Source: Thermoanaerobaculia bacterium (GTDB lineage: Bacteria; Acidobacteriota; Thermoanaerobaculia; Multivoradales; UBA5704). From it: a stretch of 64,000 nucleotides of DNA. This document shows, one piece after another, positions 1-7,713 of the stretch. Where the stretch lies: positions 316 to 64,315 of the forward strand of contig DASZZP010000085.1 in assembly GCA_035544875.1 (NCBI GenBank), read 5' to 3'. The notes beneath the pieces were generated by a model. That model ran no database searches. It was given only the letters and a program-made list of their open reading frames with translations, and was not told where the DNA came from. The translations under genes and the position numbers were made by a program. Position 1 is the stretch's first letter, and each line of letters begins with the position of its first letter.

Positions 1-437
1 ACGCGATCGCCATCCTGATCGGCAAGCCTCCGGCCGACCTCGCCATCGCTCCCACGCCGCTCACCGACGTGGCGCCGGCGATGCCGGCCGGGCTGCCCTC
101 CGAGCTGCTCGAGCGCCGTCCCGACATCGCCGCCTCCGAGCGCCGCATGGCGGCGGCCAACGCCCAGATCGGCGTCGCCACCGCGGCCTACTTCCCGACC
201 CTCTCGCTGACCGGGTCGGCCGGCCTCGAGAGCTCGACCCTCTCCAAGCTCTTTGCGCTGCCCAGCCGCTTCTGGTCGCTCGGCGGCTCCCTGGTCGAAA
301 CCGTGCTCGACGTCGGCAAGCGCCGCGCCGCCCTCGAGCAGAGGCCGACTCCTCGCTTGCTGCCACGGGGAAGGCGCCGCGGCACGCGGGAGACAAGACG
401 CAGGGTTGCTTTCGCAGGGGCATCGAGAGTAAAGTGA
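1..437 (+). pseudogene. 3'-truncated outer-membrane efflux factor (NodT/TolC-type OMF) fragment
   Basis: The frame is open from the window edge. The translation ..PSELLERRPDIAASERRMAAANAQIGVATAAYFPTLSLTGSAGLESSTLSKLF..SRFWSLGGSLVETVLDVGKRRAALEQ matches the conserved second half of NodT-type OMFs. After about nt 340 it becomes an Arg-rich non-homologous tail (RPTPRLLPRGRRRG..) and stops at 437. Confidence 0.7.
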
Positions 438-486
438 TCTGCATGATAGGCTGCGCTTGATCATCAGAATCATTCGGAGACTGTCC

Positions 487-1122
487 ATGGCTACGCCTCG
501 TCTCGTTGTCACCCCCCTCCGCGATGCAGAGCGCCGCCGCTTCGCAAGCGAACATGGCCAAGCCGGCGCCACGGTGAAAGGGGGGGCTTTCGTCATCACC
601 GCGGACGATGCCTCTCTGCTGGAGGACGCGGTGACCCTGACCCGCCGGCTGTACCACAGCAAGCTGCGGAGCCGGCAGCTCCTGCAGCACTTCCTCTCTC
701 CCGCCGAAGAGCCATCCGGTGCGGAGATCGTGCAGCTGCGGCGCAACGCCGAGGCGCGCAAGGCTTTCCTCGCCGAGTTTGGAGCGCTCACCAGCAAGCA
801 AGTGGCCGAGCTCGTCGGATCTCGTGCCACCAACCGGGCCGCTCTCGCCAACCGCTGGAAGGCTCGAGGCAGGATCTTCGCCATCGAGGCTGGTGGCGAA
901 AGCCTTTTCCCCGCCTTCCAGTTTGCCGAGGACGGCCAGGCCAGGCCCGTCGTCGCCGAGGTCCTGGCGGCCTTCGGGCCCAGGGCTGCGGGGTGGCAGA
1001 CCGCGCTCTGGTTTACCGGCGCCAACGGCTGGCTCGGAGCGAAGCGGCCGGTGGACCTCCTCAAGTCTGCGCCGGAGGCCGTGGCGGCGGCAGCGCGCCG
1101 AGAGGCCGAGGCGTTTGACTGA
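487..1122 (+). CDS. Xre-like/DUF2384-type antitoxin (ParS/MbcA-like) of a RES-Xre TA pair
   Basis: ATG at 487 follows GGAG with about 8 nt spacing. The C-terminal part ..LTSKQVAELVGSRATNRAALANRWKARGRIFAIE..LFPAFQF..WFTGANGWLGAKRPVDLL is typical of the antitoxin partner of RES toxins. Its stop overlaps the start of the RES gene. Confidence 0.75.
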   Translation: MATPRLVVTPLRDAERRRFASEHGQAGATVKGGAFVITADDASLLEDAVTLTRRLYHSKLRSRQLLQHFLSPAEEPSGAEIVQLRRNAEARKAFLAEFGALTSKQVAELVGSRATNRAALANRWKARGRIFAIEAGGESLFPAFQFAEDGQARPVVAEVLAAFGPRAAGWQTALWFTGANGWLGAKRPVDLLKSAPEAVAAAARREAEAFD

Positions 1123-1762
1123 CCCGGAGGTCTCGGGACCTCCCGATCCGGCGACTCTCGATCCCCTGTTGAAGGTATGGCCCAGCGGGGCCGATCTCTG
1201 GCGCGTGCACAAGCTCGAACGCCGCCCGGCGGAGTTCAATCCCGGCATGGACATCGGCCGCTTTCATCCTTTCTCGGGGTTCGCCGGCAAGCCTGTCGCG
1301 ACCCTTTATGCGGCGAGCACCTGGCAGGGCGCCGTCTCTGAAACCGTGTTCCGGGATGTGCCCCTCCGGGGAGCTCCGCGCACCAAACGCGGGGCCGAGC
1401 CCGAGCTCCGCGCCATGTCGCTGCTGCGGCTCCGGCGGGAGGTGCAGCTCGTCGAGCTGCGCGGGACAGGCCTTCGCCGGCTGCGGCTACAACGCCGCGA
1501 GCTGATCGAAACCGAGGCCGATCAGTATTCGCGATCGGTTCGCTGGGCTGCGGCTCTCTACCAGGCCGTCCCGCAAGCGGGGGGGCTGGTGTGGACGTCC
1601 CGGCTCCACGACCCCTCCGCCGCGGTGGTGTTCTTCGGTGACCGTGTGGCGGAGAAAGACTTCTCGCCCGTCGAGGGGCCCATTCCTCTCGGGGTTGGCA
1701 AGGGACTGGCGAGAGTCATGGAGCTTGCTGAAGAAGCCGGCATCCTCATCACGCTGTCTTAA
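1115..1762 (+). CDS. RES-domain toxin (ParT/MbcT-like)
   Basis: An in-frame TTG at 1115 overlaps the antitoxin stop (1120-1122). The translation carries an Arg (GRFHP), Glu (SETVFRD) and Ser (WTSRLHD) signature arrangement typical of RES domains. The exact start is uncertain. Confidence 0.75.
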   Translation: MTDPEVSGPPDPATLDPLLKVWPSGADLWRVHKLERRPAEFNPGMDIGRFHPFSGFAGKPVATLYAASTWQGAVSETVFRDVPLRGAPRTKRGAEPELRAMSLLRLRREVQLVELRGTGLRRLRLQRRELIETEADQYSRSVRWAAALYQAVPQAGGLVWTSRLHDPSAAVVFFGDRVAEKDFSPVEGPIPLGVGKGLARVMELAEEAGILITLS

Positions 1763-2049
1763 TGCTCACGCTCGGCGGGTACTCGTGGTGGCGGCGGCGG
1801 CACGGATACGCGGTGGCGCGGGGCTCGATGCCAACCAGGTGATGTGGCGTTTCGTGTCGGGGGGTTCCGCCGGCGCTAACCGTGGACGATCAGCCGCGGT
1901 GGCTTGATCCGGTCGGCGAACCGGGTACGAAACAAGTCCCGTACGATGCCGCGCATCCCGCGGTTGCGGCCCCGGCGCCGGGCGCAGCGGTTGGTGTGCC
2001 GGCGACGGCTGCGCCGGTCCCCGCGCCATCGGCCGAGCGACCTCGACCT

Positions 2050-2214
2050 GCAATGCGTTGACGCCCAGGCTCGCCGCCTTGTCGCGGTCGATATCGATCG
2101 CCGCCGCTTGCTGCTGATGGGCGAAGAGCGACTCGGGGGAGATGTCTTCGGAGCCCTCGGTGAAGGCGAAGATCTGGCCGGTTCCTCGTCCGGAATGAAA
2201 CCCTTGGGAATCAC
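2050..2214 (-). pseudogene. Degenerate fragment of an RND (AcrB/MdtB-type) efflux permease
   Basis: The reverse strand gives VIPKGFIPDEE, then a frameshift, then TGQIFAFTEGSEDISPESLFAHQQQAAAIDIDRDKAASLGVNALQVE. These are RND porter-domain motifs, but they are joined with a frameshift and far too little sequence between them, and there is no flanking RND sequence. Confidence 0.5.
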
Positions 2215-2244
2215 CGGGGGGCGAAGACTGCCGGAGACGCTGGC

Positions 2245-2505
2245 CTAACGCCGACGCCTCACCCTCCGTCGAGTCGACGGTTCGCCGCCCGGAGTTTCGC
2301 GGTCCAGGCGCTCCAGGAGCCAGAGCCCTTCTTTCGGGGAACCGAGCGCTGCGCGGGCACGAAAGCGGGTCTCGGCGTCGAAATCGGTCAGCGCGATAGT
2401 GGAGAGCTCCTCCATCAGCTTATTGATGCTGATCTTGCGCCGGGTCGCAAGTTGGCGCAGCTTCTCGTGCTTCTCTTCGGGCAAGCGAATCGTTAGGGTG
2501 CCCAT
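2245..2505 (-). CDS. Ribbon-helix-helix (CopG/Arc-like) antitoxin-type protein
   Basis: MGTLTIRLPEEKHEKLRQLATRRKISINKLMEELSTIAL.. is a typical RHH N-terminus. It overlaps the 3' end of the upstream PIN gene by 13 nt. Confidence 0.7.
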   Translation of the reverse strand: MGTLTIRLPEEKHEKLRQLATRRKISINKLMEELSTIALTDFDAETRFRARAALGSPKEGLWLLERLDRETPGGEPSTRRRVRRRR

Positions 2506-2927
2506 GACAGCATCTCCTTCAGCAGCTCTTCGGGTTGCAGTATGCGCAGACCTGGAAAGTGAAGCTCAGCGAGCCGAAAGTCGCGCGTATTTTTCGTCAC
2601 TACGGCACTCGCCCCTCCGGCTACGGCGAGCTCGATCAAGTGGTTATCAGCCTCGTCTCGGAGGTTGGGACGCCAACTGAAATAGATGACCGTCCAGCGA
2701 CAGACGCTCAGGAAGGCGTCAAGGATGGCTTCGCGCTGGCTGCGGTCGAGAAGGCACCCTCGGAACAGGGCTTCACGACTGAGCAGTGACTCGTACTCCG
2801 CGAAGAGAGCTGCACCCATCAGAGGGAAGAGGCGCCCGTCGAGACAGCTTCGCAGGATGCTTCGACTTGCGCCAGATGGACCGAGCAGTGCAGCCACGAA
2901 GACGCTGGTATCGACCACCACGATCAC
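2493..2927 (-). CDS. PIN-domain toxin-type ribonuclease
   Basis: VIVVVDTSVFVAALLG..(acidic D)..NLRDEADNHLIELAV..VVTKNTRDF is the PIN acidic-residue pattern. I prefer the GTG at 2927 over the ATG at 3050 because homology starts at VVVDTS. The start is uncertain. Confidence 0.7.
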   Translation of the reverse strand: MIVVVDTSVFVAALLGPSGASRSILRSCLDGRLFPLMGAALFAEYESLLSREALFRGCLLDRSQREAILDAFLSVCRWTVIYFSWRPNLRDEADNHLIELAVAGGASAVVTKNTRDFRLAELHFPGLRILQPEELLKEMLSWAP

Positions 2928-3288
2928 GTTGCTGATGATAGCACATGTGCAGTCACCGGCGTCGCCCTCCCCAAGTCCGAGCCTCCGAGCCTCCAATGCA
3001 GCCGGACGGGGGTTCCGTCCTCTCAAGAGGACATAGCAAAAGATCCCCACACCGCTCTGCTGCGGCGCCGGCAGGGATCCCGCACGCCTGATTCAGACAA
3101 TATGGAACGACCGGTTCCCCGTGATCGTAGGATCGTGACGACCCGCTAAGGAAGTCACGAGAAGTGGGGAGGTGGTCTCCACCTTTCCCGCCCGGCCTGA
3201 AACTCTCCCCACCCGGCCTGCGTATTTCCCTTGACAATCGACAAGAGCGGGTAGACACTCCCTCTGTCGGTTATCTAGGGGAGGCACG

Positions 3289-3621
3289 ATGGCCAGCGAA
3301 AAAGGAGACCTGCTGCAAGGCACCCTCGATCTCCTGGTCCTGCGCACCTTGGCGCTCGAGCCGCAGCACGGCTGGGGCATCGCGCAGCGCATCCAGCAGA
3401 TCTCGCACGACGTCCTGTCGGTGACCGAGGGCTCGCTCTATCCGGCGCTCTACCGGCTCGAGGAGCAGGGCTGGATCGCGGCCGAGTGGGGGATCTCGGA
3501 GAACAACCGCCGCGCCAAGTTCTACCGCCTGACGCGCGCCGGCGAGCGCCAGCTCGCGCGCGCGACGGAGAGCTGGGAGCGCTTCGCCGCCGCCGTCGGC
3601 CGTGTGCTGCGGACGGTGTGA
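3289..3621 (+). CDS. PadR-family transcriptional regulator
   Basis: LQGTLDLLVLRTLALEPQHGWGIAQRIQQ..GSLYPALYRLEEQGWI..YYRLT-like FYRLTRAGERQL is the canonical PadR winged helix. Confidence 0.9.
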   Translation: MASEKGDLLQGTLDLLVLRTLALEPQHGWGIAQRIQQISHDVLSVTEGSLYPALYRLEEQGWIAAEWGISENNRRAKFYRLTRAGERQLARATESWERFAAAVGRVLRTV

Positions 3622-3632
3622 GGGGACCGACG

Positions 3633-6290
3633 ATGTCCGCATTTCGCCGCGCGATCGCCGCCGTCAAGGGCCTGTTCCAGCGCCGCCGCCTGGAGGCCGA
3701 GCTCGACGAGGAGCTGCGCTTCCACCTCGCCATGGAGACCGACGCGCAAGTGCGCCGGGGGGCCTCGCCCGAGGAGGCGAAGCGCCGCGCGGCGCTCAGG
3801 CTCGGCGGGCTCGAGCCGACCAAGGAGGCAGCGCGCTCGGCGCGCGCCTACCGGCGGCTCGAGACCCTGGGCCAGGACGTCCACTTCGCGTTCCGCTTGC
3901 TGCGCCGCAACAAGGGCTATGCCGGCGCGGTGGTGGCGGCGCTCGCCCTGGGCATCGGCGCCAACTCGGCGATCTTCAGCGTGGTGCGCGGCGTCCTGCT
4001 GCGCGAGCTGCCCTACCAGCAGCCCGACCGGCTGGTCGTCTTGCACCAGCGCGAGCGGCTTGGCGACGCCTCCGACCAGAGCTTCTCGGTGCTAGACATC
4101 GAGGACCTGCGGCGGCGCAACCACTCCTTCTCCGGCCTGGCCGAGTACCACTCGATGTGGTTCAACCTGCTCGGCCGCGCCGAGCCGGAGCGCGTCCAGA
4201 CCGGCGTGGTCTCGGCCAACTTCTTCGGCGTGCTCGGCACCAGGGCGCTCCTCGGCCGCACCTTCTCGCCCGACGACGACCGGCCCGGCGCCCAGCCGGT
4301 GCTGATCTTCAGCTACGCCTACTGGCAGCGCTCCTGGGGCGGCGATCCGGCGGTCGTCGGCAAGACCCTCGAGATGAACGACCATCCGCACCGGGTGATC
4401 GGCGTCCTCCCTCCGGTGCCGCAGTATCCCGAGGAAAACGACCTCTGGATGCCGACCTCGGCCTGTCCCTTCCGCTCCGATCCGCACGCGATCGCCACGC
4501 GCCAGTTCCGGGGCTACAACGTTTTCGGCCGCCTGCTGCCCGGCACGACGCTCGTGCGGGCGCACCGGGACCTCGCCGCGATCGGCCACGCGCTCGCCGC
4601 CGAGTACCCGGGCGACTACCCGGCCGGCGGCTACCGGCTCGAGGCGGCGCCGCTGCTCACCGAGCTCACCGCGCGCGCCCGGCCGACCCTCTGGCTGCTG
4701 TTCGCGACCGTCCTGCTCGTCCTGCTCATCGTCTGCGCCAACGTCGCCAACCTCCAGCTGGCGCGGCTCAGCAGCCGCGGCGACGAGCTTGGGGTGCGTG
4801 CCGCGCTCGGCGCCGGCCGCGGCCGGCTGCTGCGCCAGCTGCTCACCGAGAGCGTGATCCTGGCGCTCCTCGGCGCGGCTCTCGGCGTCGGCGTCGCCGC
4901 CGCCCTGCTCAAGGGCCTGGTCGCCTTCGCGGCGCGTTTCACCACCCGCACCGGCGACATCGCACTCGATGGCTGGGTGCTCGCCTTCACCGTCGCCGTC
5001 GCGCTCGCTGCGGGCCTGCTCTCCGGCACCCTGCCGGCGGTCACCGCGAGCCGCGGCATCGCCGCCGCCCTGCGCGGCGGCGGCAGCGGCAGGCCGGGGG
5101 ATGCGAGGAGCCTGCGTCTGCGCGCCGTCCTCGCCGGCGTCCAGGTCGCGGTGTCGTTCCTGCTCCTGGTCAGCGCCGGGCTCACCCTGCGCAGCATCTG
5201 GAAGCTGCAGGCGGTCGATGCCGGATTCAAGGCGGAAAACGTCCTCGCCCTGGCGATCGACCTCGATTGGGCGCACTACATGAAGCCGGAGCAGCGCCGC
5301 GTCTTCCACCGCGCGCTGCTCGACAGGGCCAGCGCCCTGCACGGCGTCGCCACCGCGGCCTACTCCTCGAACTACCCGCTGGACGGCACCGGCCGCGGCA
5401 CCACCGGGGTGCGCATCGAAGGACGCGACGTCGCCGGCGCCAACCTCCCGCAGGCTGATCTTCGCCGCGCCAGCCCCGGCGTCTTCAAGGCGCTCGGCAT
5501 CCGGCTCGAGCGCGGGCGCGGCCTCGAAGACGCCGACCGCGACGGCGCGCCGCGCGTCGCCGTGCTCGGCCACGCACTGGCGAGCCGTCTGTTCGGCGCG
5601 GAGGACCCGGTCGGCCGGCGGATCGCCCTGGGCTCGGACCGGCAGCCGGCCTGGCTCACGGTCATCGGCGTGATCGCCGACGTGCGCGACCTGGCGCTCG
5701 ACCAGGACCCCGGCGGCGCCGTCTGGCTGGCCCTCGATCAGAGCCCGGCCCTCGCCGGAAGCTTACTGCTGCGCTCGCCGCGCGACCCCGCGGCGTTGAC
5801 CGCCGCGGCGCGCGCCCTGGTGCGTGGCATCGATCCACGCCAGCCGGTCGGCCGGGTGCAGACCCTGGAGACCGCCCGCTCGGCGTCGCTGGCCGCGCCG
5901 CGGCTGACCACGATCCTGCTCTCGGCCTTCGCTCTGCTGGCGCTCGCGGTGACGGTGATCGGTCTCGGCGGCGTGGTCGCCTTCGGCGTCGTCCGGCGCA
6001 CCCGCGAGATCGGCATCCGCATGGCGCTCGGCGCCGATCGCGGCGCGATCCTCGCCGGCGTCCTGCGCGAGGGGCTGGTGGCGGTCGGCGTCGGCCTCGT
6101 GGTGGGCGCCACGGCGGCGCTCTTCCTGGCGCGCGTCGTGGCCCGGCTGCTCTTCGGCGTCCCGCCGACCGACCCCGTCACCTATCTCGCCGTCGCACTG
6201 CTGCTGATCGTGGTCGCCGCGTTGGCCTGTCTGCTCCCGGCCCGCCGCGCGACCGCCGTGCAACCGTCGCTCGCGCTGCGCGCCGTCTGA
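3633..6290 (+). CDS. Orphan MacB/FtsX-type ABC permease (duplicated permease, 'ADOP-like')
   Basis: ATG at 3633 lies 12 nt after the PadR stop. The N-terminal LRFHL..RLGG..FRLLRRNKGYAGAVVAALALGIGANSAIFSVV is the hallmark of this family. There are two FtsX-type TM bundles (..IACANVANLQLAR.. and ..TREIGIRMALGAD..). No ATPase gene is adjacent. Confidence 0.9.
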   Translation: MSAFRRAIAAVKGLFQRRRLEAELDEELRFHLAMETDAQVRRGASPEEAKRRAALRLGGLEPTKEAARSARAYRRLETLGQDVHFAFRLLRRNKGYAGAVVAALALGIGANSAIFSVVRGVLLRELPYQQPDRLVVLHQRERLGDASDQSFSVLDIEDLRRRNHSFSGLAEYHSMWFNLLGRAEPERVQTGVVSANFFGVLGTRALLGRTFSPDDDRPGAQPVLIFSYAYWQRSWGGDPAVVGKTLEMNDHPHRVIGVLPPVPQYPEENDLWMPTSACPFRSDPHAIATRQFRGYNVFGRLLPGTTLVRAHRDLAAIGHALAAEYPGDYPAGGYRLEAAPLLTELTARARPTLWLLFATVLLVLLIVCANVANLQLARLSSRGDELGVRAALGAGRGRLLRQLLTESVILALLGAALGVGVAAALLKGLVAFAARFTTRTGDIALDGWVLAFTVAVALAAGLLSGTLPAVTASRGIAAALRGGGSGRPGDARSLRLRAVLAGVQVAVSFLLLVSAGLTLRSIWKLQAVDAGFKAENVLALAIDLDWAHYMKPEQRRVFHRALLDRASALHGVATAAYSSNYPLDGTGRGTTGVRIEGRDVAGANLPQADLRRASPGVFKALGIRLERGRGLEDADRDGAPRVAVLGHALASRLFGAEDPVGRRIALGSDRQPAWLTVIGVIADVRDLALDQDPGGAVWLALDQSPALAGSLLLRSPRDPAALTAAARALVRGIDPRQPVGRVQTLETARSASLAAPRLTTILLSAFALLALAVTVIGLGGVVAFGVVRRTREIGIRMALGADRGAILAGVLREGLVAVGVGLVVGATAALFLARVVARLLFGVPPTDPVTYLAVALLLIVVAALACLLPARRATAVQPSLALRAV

Positions 6291-6346
6291 GGCTGGTTGC
6301 CGAACCTCGAATAGAAATCGATGTCATGAAAGAAAGGACGAACACC

Positions 6347-7312
6347 ATGCGGAGAAGAGAGTTGCTGCAAGGAGCGGCTGGATTGGGCTTCCTCTCTGCG
6401 CTGCCGTTTTCGGCTTTCGGCAGGCTCTTCGCGAGCCCAGGCTCCGCCGCGGCAGGGGCGGCGCATGGAAACGCCGCAGCGGCGGCGGGTGCGCATGGCA
6501 GCGGATTGCCGGCCGCACCCAATCCGCTCACCCCTCCCGCCCAGGGCAGCATTCCCGTTGCCTTTCTCCTTTCGTCAGGCGCGGTGGTCATCGACTTCTG
6601 CGGACCCTGGGAGGTCTTCCAGGATGTGCGCATCCCCGGCCAAGACGATCCATTCAGTCTCTACACCGTCGCCGAGAGGACCAATCCCATTCGCACGAGC
6701 GGCGGCATGACGGTCGTGCCCGACTACACCCTCGACGCTGCTCCCGCGCCCAAAGTGATCGTCATCCCGGCGCAGAGCGGCAGCAGCGAGGCGATGCTGG
6801 CGTGGATTCGCAAGTCGAGCAAGAGCGCCGACGTGACCATGTCGGTCTGCACCGGCGCGTTTCTGCTGGCAAAGACCGGCCTGTTGGCGGGCAAGGCGGC
6901 TACCACCCATCACCACGGGTACAAAGAGTTCGCCATGAGCTTCCCGGACATCCGCCTCAGGCGTGGGGCCAGGTTCGTCGAAGCCGGCAATCTCGCCACC
7001 TCGGGCGGACTCTCATCCGGCATCGATCTCGCGCTCCGCGTCGTCGAACGCTACTACGGCCGCGATGTCGCCGCCAGGACTGCCGACCATATGGAATACC
7101 AGGGACAAGGCTGGCTGAATCCGGATTCGAACGCGATGTACGCCCAAGCGATCTCGACGGACGCGCATCCGCTCTGTCCGGTCTGCGAGATGGATGTCGA
7201 TCGGACCGCCGCGCCGAAGTCCGTCTACAAAGGCAAGACCTACTACTTCTGCATGCCGGAACACAAGGAGCTGTTCGACGCCAATCCCGGCAGATTCCTG
7301 GACACGCCGTAA
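6347..7312 (+). CDS. Tat-signal DJ-1/PfpI-family protein fused to a C-terminal YHS (TRASH-like) metal-binding domain
   Basis: MRRRELLQGAAGLGFL is a twin-arginine signal. The DJ-1/PfpI core has the nucleophile-elbow Cys (VTMSVCTGAFLLAKTGLL). The C-terminus CPVCEMDV..YKGKTYYFCMPEHKELFDANPGRF is a YHS domain. The start could be 6326; 6347 has the AAGGA SD. Confidence 0.8.
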   Translation: MRRRELLQGAAGLGFLSALPFSAFGRLFASPGSAAAGAAHGNAAAAAGAHGSGLPAAPNPLTPPAQGSIPVAFLLSSGAVVIDFCGPWEVFQDVRIPGQDDPFSLYTVAERTNPIRTSGGMTVVPDYTLDAAPAPKVIVIPAQSGSSEAMLAWIRKSSKSADVTMSVCTGAFLLAKTGLLAGKAATTHHHGYKEFAMSFPDIRLRRGARFVEAGNLATSGGLSSGIDLALRVVERYYGRDVAARTADHMEYQGQGWLNPDSNAMYAQAISTDAHPLCPVCEMDVDRTAAPKSVYKGKTYYFCMPEHKELFDANPGRFLDTP

Positions 7313-7371
7313 TAGCGCTGAGGGTCAGTCCGGTCTGGTGTTGGCGAGGACGCGCGGGAGGCTTGGTGGTG

Positions 7372-7590
7372 TTAGCGCTTGCCGCCCACCACGAGCAGGA
7401 GCCCGCCAACCACGATCGCGCCTATGCCAGCCCAGAGCGGAACGTTGACCGTCTGCTTCTCCTTCACCGAGAGCTCGATTGGCCCCAGCTTGGCGTCGTG
7501 GGTCTTCTTGGTGTAGGTGAATCCGCCGTACATCAGACCCAGAATGCCGGCCACGATCAAGAGAATCGCCACGATCTTGACTGCGTTCAT
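7372..7590 (-). CDS. Small two-TM membrane protein
   Basis: A 72-aa ORF with two clear hydrophobic helices (IVAILLIVAGILGLMY and LWAGIGAIVVGGLLLVVGG). It sits in an otherwise non-coding gap. Confidence 0.55.
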   Translation of the reverse strand: MNAVKIVAILLIVAGILGLMYGGFTYTKKTHDAKLGPIELSVKEKQTVNVPLWAGIGAIVVGGLLLVVGGKR

Positions 7591-7713
7591 TTCGCCCCTC
7601 CTCGGGTGGTATGACGCCTACTATATCTGCGCGCCCGCCGGTCGCCGCCAACAGGTAGATGTTTTCCGCGGCAGTTCGGCAACCCCCTGCGGCTGCGCGA
7701 GATCAGCCGGGAG

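Noticed and set aside
1766-2053. ORFs between the RES toxin and the RND scrap, considered as a possible transposase or recombinase remnant that would explain the rearrangement.
   Set aside because: All three reverse frames give Arg/Pro-rich sequence with nothing I can tie to a transposase or recombinase family. I left the region unannotated.
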